Of a stretch of 64,000 nucleotides of DNA, positions 1-10,802 are shown piece after piece. A model generated the notes under the pieces. It worked only from the letters and a program-made list of their open reading frames with translations, ran no database searches and was not told the DNA's origin. Made by a program: the position numbers and the translations under genes. The stretch comes from Eledone cirrhosa (Eukaryota), in contig OZ024741.1 in assembly GCA_964016885.1 (NCBI GenBank), positions 272,800,001 to 272,864,000 on the forward strand, given 5' to 3'. How positions within the stretch are numbered: the first letter of the stretch is position 1; each line of letters begins with the position of its first letter.

Positions 1-377
1 GGAGATAGTCACGCGATATAACGGTCGAGAAACAGAGCTAAGCCTCTTATAACCACGAAGAAAATACCACGGAGGCGGAGGGGGTATTCATATCGAGGCC
101 GTAGAAGAGGTAGTGAAGAAGGCGAGAAGTATGAGTAATGGAAGCTTTCCAGTTGTCCCCACACTTCAAAGATTGCTCGACCAGAGGGAGTTATTAATAT
201 ATTTAAAAACACACAGATACATGCGGACACACACATATATACATGAATGCATCCGCACCCAACTGTGAGTTAAGGGTGCCAACTTCACCGATGTTGCTCA
301 ATGAATGACTGGGACAGACCAATTCAGTTTGAACCAGACTGAACCAGTATCAGAGTTAAAAATACATTATGAAGAGA
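1..377 (-). repeat. Inverted partial copy of the 591-bp ribozyme-bearing repeat unit (continues beyond the left window edge)
   Basis: 1-377 is the reverse complement of ~684-1060; the same 75-aa ORF appears on - at 9..236 and on + at 825..1052 and 1416..1643. Confidence 0.95.
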
Positions 378-536
378 TATGAATACCCCCTCCGCCTCCG
401 TGGTATTTTCTTCGTGGTTATAAGAGGCTTAGCTCTGTTTCTCGACCGTTATATCGCGTGACTATCTCCCCCTCCGCCTTTTGGGATTCTTTCTCACGTC
501 GTGTAGACGCGTTCTTGAGACTAGTAAAATGAGGTA

Positions 537-624
537 TCCTCTTGATAAGTCGGCAGACCTCGCAAGGACTCTATATCTTTGATATATTGTTTTTGTTTAT
601 GCCACGAAACTACGTAGTCGAGGA
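537..624 (+). ncRNA. Type I hammerhead ribozyme, U3-A8 core variant (copy 1)
   Basis: Stem I TCCTC(537-541)/GAGGA(620-624); core TTGATAA(542-548); stem II GT-C-GGCA...TGCCAC; GAAAC(606-610), palindromic TACGTA, GTC(617-619) cleavage triplet. Confidence 0.8.
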
Positions 625-1127
625 ATTTAGGAACAGTTTAGGTATGATACATTTTATTACTAATTATATCTAAATGTTTCTTCTCTCTTCATAATGTATT
701 TTTAACTCTGATACTGGTTCAGTCTGGTTCAAACTGAATTGGTCTGTCCCAGTCATTCATTGAGCAACATCGGTGAAGTTGGCACCCTTAACTCACAGTT
801 GGGTGCGGATGCATTCATGTATATATGTGTGTGTCCGCATGTATCTGTGTGTTTTTAAATATATTAATAACTCCCTCTGGTCGAGCAATCTTTGAAGTGT
901 GGGGACAACTGGAAAGCTTCCATTACTCATACTTCTCGCCTTCTTCACTACCTCTTCTACGGCCTCGATATGAATACCCCCTCCGCCTCCGTGGTATTTT
1001 CTTCGTGGTTATAAGAGGCTTAGCTCTGTTTCTCGACCGTTATATCGCGTGACTATCTCCCCCTCCGCCTTTTGGGATTCTTTCTCACGTCGTGTAGACG
1101 CGTTCTTGAGACTAGTAAAATGAGGTA

Positions 1128-1215
1128 TCCTCTTGATAAGTCGGCAGACCTCGCAAGGACTCTATATCTTTGATATATTGTTTTTGTTTATGCCACGAAA
1201 CTACGTAGTCGAGGA
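1128..1215 (+). ncRNA. Type I hammerhead ribozyme, U3-A8 variant (copy 2)
   Basis: Same sequence as 537-624, shifted by 591. Confidence 0.8.
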
Positions 1216-1718
1216 ATTTAGGAACAGTTTAGGTATGATACATTTTATTACTAATTATATCTAAATGTTTCTTCTCTCTTCATAATGTATTTTTAACTCT
1301 GATACTGGTTCAGTCTGGTTCAAACTGAATTGGTCTGTCCCAGTCATTCATTGAGCAACATCGGTGAAGTTGGCACCCTTAACTCACAGTTGGGTGCGGA
1401 TGCATTCATGTATATATGTGTGTGTCCGCATGTATCTGTGTGTTTTTAAATATATTAATAACTCCCTCTGGTCGAGCAATCTTTGAAGTGTGGGGACAAC
1501 TGGAAAGCTTCCATTACTCATACTTCTCGCCTTCTTCACTACCTCTTCTACGGCCTCGATATGAATACCCCCTCCGCCTCCGTGGTATTTTCTTCGTGGT
1601 TATAAGAGGCTTAGCTCTGTTTCTCGACCGTTATATCGCGTGACTATCTCCCCCTCCGCCTTTTGGGATTCTTTCTCACGTCGTGTAGACGCGTTCTTGA
1701 GACTAGTAAAATGAGGTA

Positions 1719-1806
1719 TCCTCTTGATAAGTCGGCAGACCTCGCAAGGACTCTATATCTTTGATATATTGTTTTTGTTTATGCCACGAAACTACGTAGT
1801 CGAGGA
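1719..1806 (+). ncRNA. Type I hammerhead ribozyme, U3-A8 variant (copy 3)
   Basis: Same sequence as 537-624, shifted by 1182. Confidence 0.8.
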
Positions 1807-2037
1807 ATTTAGGAACAGTTTAGGTATGATACATTTTATTACTAATTATATCTAAATGTTTCTTCTCTCTTCATAATGTATTTTTAACTCTGATACTGGT
1901 TCAGTCTGGTTCAAACTGAATTGGTCTGTCCCAGTCATTCATTGAGCAACATCGGTGAAGTTGGCACCCTTAACTCACAGTTGGGTGCGGATGCATTCAT
2001 GTATATATGTGTGTGTCCGCATGTATCTGTGTGTTTT

Positions 2038-2124
<87 letters not shown>

Positions 2125-2137
2125 GTATGTATATATA

Positions 2138-3034
2138 CGAGGTGCGTCAGAAAAGTTCCAGGACTGATGTCACAAAAGATTTATTTCAAACCCAAACTTC
2201 ACACTAAGAGTTTTCTCCTTCAGAGTAATCCCCCCGTGAATCTAATGCACTTGTTCATCCTTTTCTGCCACGCTTGCATGCACTCCTAGAAGGATTCTTC
2301 CAGGATCCTCCACAGTTCCGTCATCACGGCCTTTTTGATGTCGTCCACGTCTTCAAAACGGGTCCCCTCTGGGTTGTACTCGAAGACCCATGACTCATCA
2401 CCGGTGATGACTGTCCCTAGCAAGTCTGGTTCGGTTTCAAGATGCTCGAGGATGTCCTGGCACACTTGTATGCGTCGACCCTTCTGGTCATCGTTCAGCA
2501 GTTTTGGCACCATCTTCGCGCAGACTTTCCGCATGTCCAAATCTTCAGTGAGAATTTTCCAGACGCTGTTCCGATTCATGCCCAGCTCATTTGCCATTAG
2601 TCGAACAGTCAGCCGACGATCGCTACGCACCATCTGCCTGACACGCTCAACGTTGACCTTAGTCCTGGTTGTTGAGGGCCTTCCGTTCCTGGAGTCATCT
2701 TCCACGTCCTCGCGTCCTTCTTTAAACCTCTTACACCACTCAAAAACACGTGAGCGTGACATCGTCTCATCTCCATACACTTGCTGCAGCAATCCCAGTG
2801 CTTCTGACGGAGTTTTCAAATTTGTTCGTTGCTCTGTGCTCATTGCTTGACGACCTGAAACAGAGGACATGTATATAAAATTATGAAGAAGAAAGTTTGA
2901 TCGCTGCAGAGAGCTAAGATTAAAGTTACATACTCCAGGGGGATTACTTTGAAGGAGAAAACTCTTAGTATGAAGTTTGGGTTTGAAATAAATCTTTTGT
3001 GACATCAGTCCTGGCACTTTTCTGATACACCTCG
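2138..3034 (-). mobile_element. Internally deleted mariner transposon with ~97-bp inverted termini and TA target sites
   Basis: TA|CGAGGTGCGTCAGAAAAG... at the left end and ...CTTTTCTGATACACCTCG|TA at the right end, within (TA)n. ORF 2286..3077(-) carries mariner motifs. Confidence 0.92.
2286..2845 (-). pseudogene. Mariner transposase remnant lacking most of the DD34D catalytic domain
   Basis: HTH region (VYGDETMSRSRVFEWCKRFKEGREDVEDDSRNGRP), KVCAKMVPKLL and ITGDESW are present. The frame then jumps to the C-terminal GTRFEDVDDIKKAV, with no HDNA or YSPDLAP motif. Confidence 0.88.
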
Positions 3035-3113
3035 TATATATATATATGTATATATATGTATATAAATATGAATACATATGTATATGTATATATATATAAA
3101 TATGAAAACATTA

Positions 3114-3147
<34 letters not shown>

Positions 3148-3369
3148 CGGATTAACAAATAATAGTTAAATGCAGTCCACTTAGGTGAAGTCCAGTTATG
3201 GTATTCCAGGTAGTGGATGATATTAACGCTTGGCTTGGTTTGACTCAACAAGGGGTTTTCATAGTGATGCTGCGGGTATGCCGTAATTCCTATGTTGTAA
3301 ACACTTGGAGTAATAATAAATCAGGAAAGAAGGTTTACATGGTTTGCTATACAAAAAAGTTTTTAATCA

Positions 3370-3484
3370 CATAGCTTACATTTGTTTCACTGAACTGGTA
3401 TGTCTAGAGATCGCTATCCGCTTAATTTTGCGTTACTCGATCGCCAATACAGAATTATAACCAGTCAGATCTTCGGAGCATACG
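3370..3484 (-). ncRNA. Hammerhead ribozyme in the 3' pseudo-LTR (sense to the Penelope ORF), CCGAAGA core
   Basis: Reverse complement of 7285-7399: GCT-CCGAAGA-TCTGACTGGT...ACCAGTTCAGT-GAAAC-AAAT-GTA-AGC. Confidence 0.7.
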
Positions 3485-3872
3485 AGAATGAAGAAAATAC
3501 ACAGGCAAGAAAAGAAAAGAAAATACAGGCTACTATATGAAGTAGTAATGGCATTCAATTAGAACAATAACAACAATTACAACAATGCTATCAATAAATT
3601 ATTTAAGGAGACCCTGACATTACTTAGGTGGGGGGGGGGGTATATAATGTATCTAATGTTACGGCGTGTAAAACTAGCTGTCATAAGGCAAAAAGTATCG
3701 TAGTGTATATCAATTTTAAATTATAAAGATAAGCTAGTTTTTACAGTCTTTCTCTTCATCTTCAACAGTATACATGAGTGGGACCACTGTCAAAGCTCAA
3801 TAGTTGTAGAGTTAATACAGAGGTTAACGAATTAATATACGCATATATTTACGTACACACACACACACACAT

Positions 3873-3911
<39 letters not shown>

Positions 3912-4239
3912 CACATATATACACATGCATGTGTACATAGACACATACATACACATCAATATACACTCGTACAAAAATATACATACATGCAAAGAGAAAA
4001 GCGTGCTAATTGTAGTTATGGCAAAAAGAAGGTAAAGTAACATTGTAGTAGTAAAATGAGAAAAACTAGGATTTAGGATCAAATGATGGCAGCAGCTGAG
4101 AAGGAGTAAGATTGTTGGTAGATGAGGTACTTACAGACAATTGTGTGGTATAGACTTGTGAAGGATATAGTATACTTAATGAATATATTTCTGTGGGTAG
4201 TAGGTATCCTAATTTAAAGTTATGTTATGTTGGTTCGAT

Positions 4240-4740
4240 TCACGGAGGTTTGAATCTTATGAATTTAGTGGCTATTCTATGTCTGCAGAAGATAGATCTT
4301 TCTAACTTATTGTTAAGTAGCCTTTTAACATTTCTAAGGATATACAATAGCTCAAGATCACATAGCCCGCAATAGGACATCCCTGTACTATAGGTTTTAG
4401 CAGCCGACAACTTCGACCAGTTGATACTGTAGTTAGTGTTGCTGTCCTTCAATTCCCATATTTTTCTGGCGAGGGTGGTGGAACCCATAAGTGCACGGTT
4501 TTTCATTGAGTGCCTGTGCACATACCATCTTTTCTTAAAAGAACCCGCGGTGGATCCTATGTAATTCCAGGTGGAGTTACCCGAGATGACAGTGCACATG
4601 TACACCAGGCTCGAATCGAGACATCTGTTCGCCAATGGGCACCTATCTGGGAGGTGACAGTTACAGTTTGAGGCGCTATTTTGTGCAGCTTTTACATTCC
4701 TATTTAGTACTCTGTTATAAGTGGGTTGTGATATATGCCC
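4240..4740 (-). pseudogene. Penelope Cys-rich linker and GIY-YIG endonuclease (frameshifted relative to RT)
   Basis: Extending the frame of ORF 4240..4635 upstream reads ...NSASNCNCHLPDRCPLANRCLDSSLVYMCTV...YIGSTAGSFKKRWYVH...CGLCDLE...LLNNKLE. Confidence 0.88.
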
Positions 4741-6230
4741 AATGGGGTTTTGCTGCTGCGCGTTTGTATGCGCTTGTGGTTGTGATGTTGTGATGTTGTG
4801 ATGAGTTTGTGCTTATGTATAGGTGCAATTGATTTACTAGAGATATTTTTGTGGTTGATCTTGCGTATGTGTGATTCTATGTTAGCTGCTGTTGAGAATG
4901 AGAGTTTTATAGTAGATCTATTGAGTATTTTGTGATATCTATGCGAGATAGGGAAGTGTTTATCTATTAGTTTAAAGAATGTAGAGGGCAGTCTAGTTTT
5001 TATAGAGGAGTTGAATATTGGGTTGAACCACAGGTATTTTCTTTGTCTGTTTCTTCTATTGTTTCTTGGGTTTACGTTATTAGTGTTTTGGCCGTTTACT
5101 CCAGGTGTTACATGTCTAACCCTATGTCTAGTCAAGCTATTCCTATTATTATGTGAGCGGTTGGAGTAGTAATTACTAGGATTGTTTATGTTGTCCTTAT
5201 TCACTATATACTGTAGTTTATCTTTATGACCGGCCCTACTTAATGCTGCATTATAATAGTCAGCATGCTCGTTAAAGATTTCTAGGTTTGAGGATAAGCG
5301 GGATATTCGGAGGGATATACTACGTGCTATGGATTTAATTATGGATTTGGGGTGATTTGAGTTGTAACTAATGTAGGCAAGATTTCCCTTATTTTTGTGG
5401 AAAGGTTCTATTAATCCAGTATTTAGATTTAGAGTTACATCTAGAAAATTTACCTTCTTATGGTTTAGTTCGTAGGTAATACTTAGGCCTAGTTTTTTTA
5501 AGAATATTCTAATATTTTTCCTTAGTCTTTCCATGCTCTGGTTGTTTAGGTTCCTAGCTATAAGTAACGTGTCGTCCCTATAAATTCCTCCTTGGAGGTT
5601 ACTGAATTCCTTATGTAGGTTGTGTGCTATGAATAGCCCCACGATATCTGTGATTTGCGCAGAATCATTTGATCCCATTGTTATATCGAAGCTATTTATT
5701 CTATCCTTTCTTACCCAGTAGTTATTTTCAAATTTTATGATAGTCCTTCTAGCCGCTATTATTATTTCAATTTCATCATGGGTAAGATCAGAGTTATTTT
5801 GGGCAAATATAAGCGCCTTATCTAGGGTAGCTGGGGATATGGAAGCATAATAGTCATCTATATCAAATTGTATGAAGTTACACGTCTCCCTATTTTGTAT
5901 TTTATTGAACCATTTAATTGCCTCGTTAGTGTTGCCCCATAAATTGATTTCTAGTTTACCCTTTACTTGTGCAATTACCCTATCTAGAATGTTTTTGCTA
6001 ATTTTACCTATGTCTGACTTGGATGGGCATATTAATCTAATGGTGGGATTAGTTTCAAAGTTATTTTTGTGATCCTTCAGGTTAAATGTAGGGTTGCACG
6101 GGGTAAGCGGTTCGGTCCTATCTGAAATTCCGAGTTTATTAACTATCTTGAGGCCCTCCATGTTAATGCTGGTGAGTGTAGATTCATTTGTTTTTTTATA
6201 TTTTTTTATGTAGTTCACGCTGAATAAAGT
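4704..6230 (-). pseudogene. Penelope-type reverse transcriptase (N-terminally truncated)
   Basis: Motifs KDHKNNF..PTIRLICP, FIQFDIDDYYASI, FDITMGSNDSA, GIYRDD, VNFLDVTL and YISYNSNHP. The clade may be Nematis-like; this is from recall and unverified. Confidence 0.9.
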
Positions 6231-6254
6231 TATTGTATGTGTTAATGTCCATAG

Positions 6255-6905
<651 letters not shown>

Positions 6906-7284
6906 TGTGTGTGTGTGTGCGTAAATATATGCGTATATTAATTCGTTAACCTCTGTATTAACTCTACAACTATTGAGCTTTGACAGTGGTCCCACTCATG
7001 TATACTGTTGAAGATGAAGAGAAAGACTGTAAAAACTAGCTTATCTTTATAATTTAAAATTGATATACACTACGATACTTTTTGCCTTATGACAGCTAGT
7101 TTTACACGCCGTAACATTAGATACATTATATACCCCCCCACCTAAGTAATGTCAGGGTCTCCTTAAATAATTTATTGATAGCATTGTTGTAATTGTTGTT
7201 ATTGTTCTAATTGAATGCCATTACTACTTCATATAGTAGCCTGTATTTTCTTTTCTTTTCTTGCCTGTGTATTTTCTTCATTCT

Positions 7285-7399
7285 CGTATGCTCCGAAGAT
7301 CTGACTGGTTATAATTCTGTATTGGCGATCGAGTAACGCAAAATTAAGCGGATAGCGATCTCTAGACATACCAGTTCAGTGAAACAAATGTAAGCTATG
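7285..7399 (+). ncRNA. Hammerhead ribozyme in the inverted 5' pseudo-LTR
   Basis: CCGAAGA(7293-99); stem II CTGACTGGT/ACCAGTTCAG enclosing ~60 nt; GAAAC(7381-85)-AAAT-GTA(7390-92); stem I GCT/AGC. Confidence 0.7.
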
Positions 7400-7450
7400 T
7401 GATTAAAAACTTTTTTGTATAGCAAACCATGTAAACCTTCTTTCCTGATT

Positions 7451-7484
<34 letters not shown>

Positions 7485-7489
7485 GAGAT

Positions 7490-7792
7490 GGAGTCACATG
7501 GCTTAGTGGTTAGAGGTTGTGAGTTCAATTCTCAGACCGGGTGAGACACTTTATTTCACATTGCTCCAGTTTACTCAGCTGTAGAAATGAGATGATAGGG
7601 ACTGGGGTCCCTATCATTCCACTGCAAAGTAGTCATGGAGGTGCCACGGCAAAAAAGCACCCAGCACTCACTGTATATGAGGTTGGTGTTAGGAAGGGCA
7701 TCCAGCTGTAAAAATCAAGCCAGAATCAGTTCCCGTCCCACCCTTGCAAGCAGGGAAAAGTGGACGTAAAATGAAATGATGATGATGATGAT
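7490..7792 (+). mobile_element. tRNA-derived SINE family A (RTE-derived body and tail)
   Basis: A-box-like TGGCTTAGTGG and B-box-like GAGTTCAATTC. The 3' end CCCACCCTTGCAAGCAGGGAAAAG..GGACGTAAAA(TGA)n is shared with the RTE at ~17306-17360. Confidence 0.85.
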
Positions 7793-7835
7793 ACATATCT
7801 ATTCATATTTATATATATATATATATAAAAAAGAA

Positions 7836-8284
7836 AAATGTAATCTGAGTTTTTCGAATATTAATAATAACATTCGATTTGTTTGCAATTACGCAAACAA
7901 GCCTCAATTTTATAGCCTTGTCAGTAGAATGAACCCTTAGTGTTTGCAGTTCTGTTTGCATGCCAACATAAGAGCAAGGATGAAGGGTTCATTCTACTGA
8001 CATGGCTATAAAATTGAGATTTGTTTGCATAATTGCAAACAAATCGAATGTTATTATTAATATTAAAAAATATTAGGGCGGTGGATTGGCAGTATCGGTA
8101 GAGGGTCGGACGCCATGCTTTGACGCATAGAGTTACGGCCCTTACCATTCTGAGTTCAAATCCCGCCGAGGTTAACTTTGCCTTTCATCCTTACGGGGTC
8201 GATAAAATAAAGTACCAGTAATACACTGGCCTTGTGCCAAAAGTAGAAACAATTATTAATATTAAAAAAACTCAGATTACATTT
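7836..8284. mobile_element. Foldback MITE with ~100-bp inverted arms, right arm interrupted by a SINE
   Basis: 7836-7938 is inverted relative to 7983-8070 plus 8270-8284. Confidence 0.8.
8076..8257 (+). mobile_element. tRNA-derived SINE family B with 18-bp flanking duplication
   Basis: GGCGGTGGATTGGCAGTATCGG...GAGTTCAAATCCCGCCGAGG...GCCTTTCATCCTTACGGGGTCGATAAAATAAAGTACCAG; ATTATTAATATTAAAAAA at 8053-8070 and 8252-8269. Confidence 0.85.
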
Positions 8285-8404
8285 ATATATATATACAGAC
8301 ACATATATATATATATATATATATTCATATATATACATATATATCTATATCTTTATCTATATATCTATATCTATCTATCTACCTATCTATCTACCTATCT
8401 ATCA

Positions 8405-8850
8405 TCTCTTGTATGGTGGACAAGGTTGAAAGGGCTGAGGTCAGACACCTTTCTCTCCGGCCAACAACTGATTCTTTTTTTCAAATACCACTTTGGAAGA
8501 AGAATCAGGATGGAGAGAGAGGTGCTGTACCCCAGCAAGTTTTATGAAAGGTGGGTGAAAGTGGCGAGAATGGCCCGAGTGAATGGGCCTTCTCTCTATA
8601 TCAGCCTGTAGGTTGAGGAAAAGGAGGAGGAGAGGAAGGGAGTACAAACTCTTCGTACTCCTGGAGATGAGGGTTGCACATTTTTTCGGGGGTATGTGTT
8701 ACCCATATAAACTGTCTCCCTCTATTGGGGAAAATCGACTAACTTTTTAAATTCCATTTGTGATAACATTTTACACGTTTTTATTGTATGTAAACTTCCC
8801 CCTTTGTATTTTTCCCCTTCTTTTGTGCCCCTGTGGCTAATAAAGAAATC
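8405..8850 (+). mobile_element. 3' fragment of a Tx1/L1-type LINE in an (ATCT)n tract
   Basis: VWWTRLKGL...FFKYHFGRRIRMEREVL...RWVKVARMARVNG matches the ORF2 C-terminus of the 21.7-27.5 kb element. It ends AATAAAGAA(ATCT)n. Confidence 0.8.
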
Positions 8851-9125
8851 TATCTATCTATCTATATATATATAGTTGCTCGCACATTGCTCAGTTTGTT
8901 TTTTTTCGCTGTTTTTTTACTGTTTTCTCTTTTCTTCCCTTTTGCTTTCCTTCCCTCCCTCCTCCGTTTTCCCAATAACTTATCCAGTTATTGACGCCCT
9001 GGGGCGAGATATATTGTCTTTAAAGCGTAGAAATATCCGAGACCCCACCCCCGTTCTTGCTTTCTTCGTATTCCCAGTCCATTTTAAGTTACCTTAAATA
9101 ACAACTACACAGCCATTTCTATTCT

Positions 9126-9183
<58 letters not shown>

Positions 9184-9279
9184 GTACATCCCATGTTCTA
9201 ACACTCTGCCACACAAACATACCCATATACCCACCTCAATAATCACCACACACCCTTCCCACAAAGCCCCCAGCCCACA

Positions 9280-9720
9280 TTGAAAAGTGGTCATGTAGGT
9301 GTCACAACAAAAAGCACCCAATACTCATTGTAAATGTGGTTGTTGTTAGGAAGGGTATGTAGCCATAGAAACCTAACCAGAAACAGTTCTGTATGAGCAA
9401 GACATGGTCATCTGGCCTGGCCTATCTCACAACAGAACAACTTGTCTAACTCATGCTAGTGTGGAAAATGGATGATCATTTTCTTTTAATGTCTGCTACC
9501 TTGCTAGCAAGGTTGTATATGAGGCAAGATTGGTCAGGAGACCGTGTCTTGCTCATACAGAACTGTTTATGGCAGGTTTTCTATGGCTTGATGCCCTTCC
9601 TAACACCAACCACATTTACAGTGTGGACTGGGAGCCTTTTTACCATGTCTCCTACACGACCACTTTACAGCGTGGACTGGGTACTTTTTGTCGTGACACC
9701 TACACGACCACTTTACAGTG
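9280..9720. mobile_element. Two degenerate family-A/RTE-derived fragments in opposite orientations
   Basis: AAAAAGCACCCA..TTAGGAAGGG on + (9310-9355) and ATGCCCTTCCTAACACCAACC (~9590-9612), the same motif on -. Confidence 0.6.
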
Positions 9721-10179
9721 GACAGAGATACCCAGGGTAGGACTCTGCAATGTATATTATCTCACTAAATAGCTAGTAGCTATTCTTGATATATATATAT
9801 ATCAAGAATACAAGAAACAAACAACCTATATATACATATATATACACACACACATATAAACAAATCTATATACACATATATGCACACACACATATAAATG
9901 CATACACACGCATACGTATATACATACACACATATATAGACACATATGTACTCTTTAGAGGGCTGAAAATAGAAATAATAGGTACGTCTTATTTACTTAT
10001 CTCAGTGAGTATTGACCTTTATGTGTGAAAGGAATTAGGTTGGAGGTTTCAATTAAAATGTATTTGGAATCAAGTTGATATAGTTTTGGAAACAGAACTA
10101 TCAGCTGTGAATAATTTCAGACAAAAAAAAACAAAACCCTATCTAGATTTTTGTGCTAACCCTTACCTATGGTCATGTT

Positions 10180-10560
10180 CTTGTGTAATAACCGAAAGAA
10201 TATGATCGTAAATACAAGTGTCTAAAATGGGATTCCTTTGAAGGGTATTTGGATTAATGTTACTCGATAAAGTGCATAACTCAGAGATCAGAGAGTCACT
10301 CCAGGTAAAGCCTCTACTTCTCTGAATTGAGAGATCACAGCTCTGATACTATGGGCATGTAGTTAGAATGTCTTAGGAAAGAATCGCTAGGCAGATTTTA
10401 CAGTCAAAACCAATCGGCAAGAAACCCAGGGGTTGACCCTGAGCAAGATGGTTGGATAACATCCATGGGCTTGGTTGGTCATGCTTGGGGATCCAGCAGG
10501 ATCAGTTGGAGACAGTTGCTTCTGACAGCACCCGCTAAAAGGAGTGTTTGAGGACTTTGC
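10180..10560 (+). mobile_element. Degenerate RTE LINE 3' fragment
   Basis: Interrupted reading EIRESLQVKPLLL*IERSQL*YYGHVVRM...KKPRG resembles RTE C-termini. Confidence 0.55.
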
Positions 10561-10802
10561 CCCCATGATCCTCTCAAGAATAAGTGGGTGAAGAGAGGAG
10601 AGAAAAACCTTAAAAAAACAAACAAAAAACCCTTGATTTTGAAAGACATAATTTAATGGACAATTGATGAAGACAGATGAAATCTTTTCCATATGTTTAT
10701 ATTGGAATATAATATTTAAAAAAAAAAAAAAATTATATGAGAGATAATGAAAATAATGACTAGCAACTGAGAAGCTTGATAATAGGTGGCAATGAATATC
10801 AA

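Larger units (their letters stand above)
376..2046 (+). repeat. Head-to-tail array of ~2.8 near-identical 591-bp units, each with a hammerhead ribozyme (retrozyme-like or tandem Penelope pseudo-LTR)
   Basis: Identical ORFs start at 825, 1416 and 2007 (period 591). The array ends in GTTTTTAAATATAT, running into (TA)n at ~2040. Confidence 0.9.

Noticed and set aside
825-1052. 75-aa ORF repeated in each 591-bp unit
   Set aside because: It starts in a TG/TA low-complexity patch and has no recognisable motif. It is identical between copies only because the DNA is.
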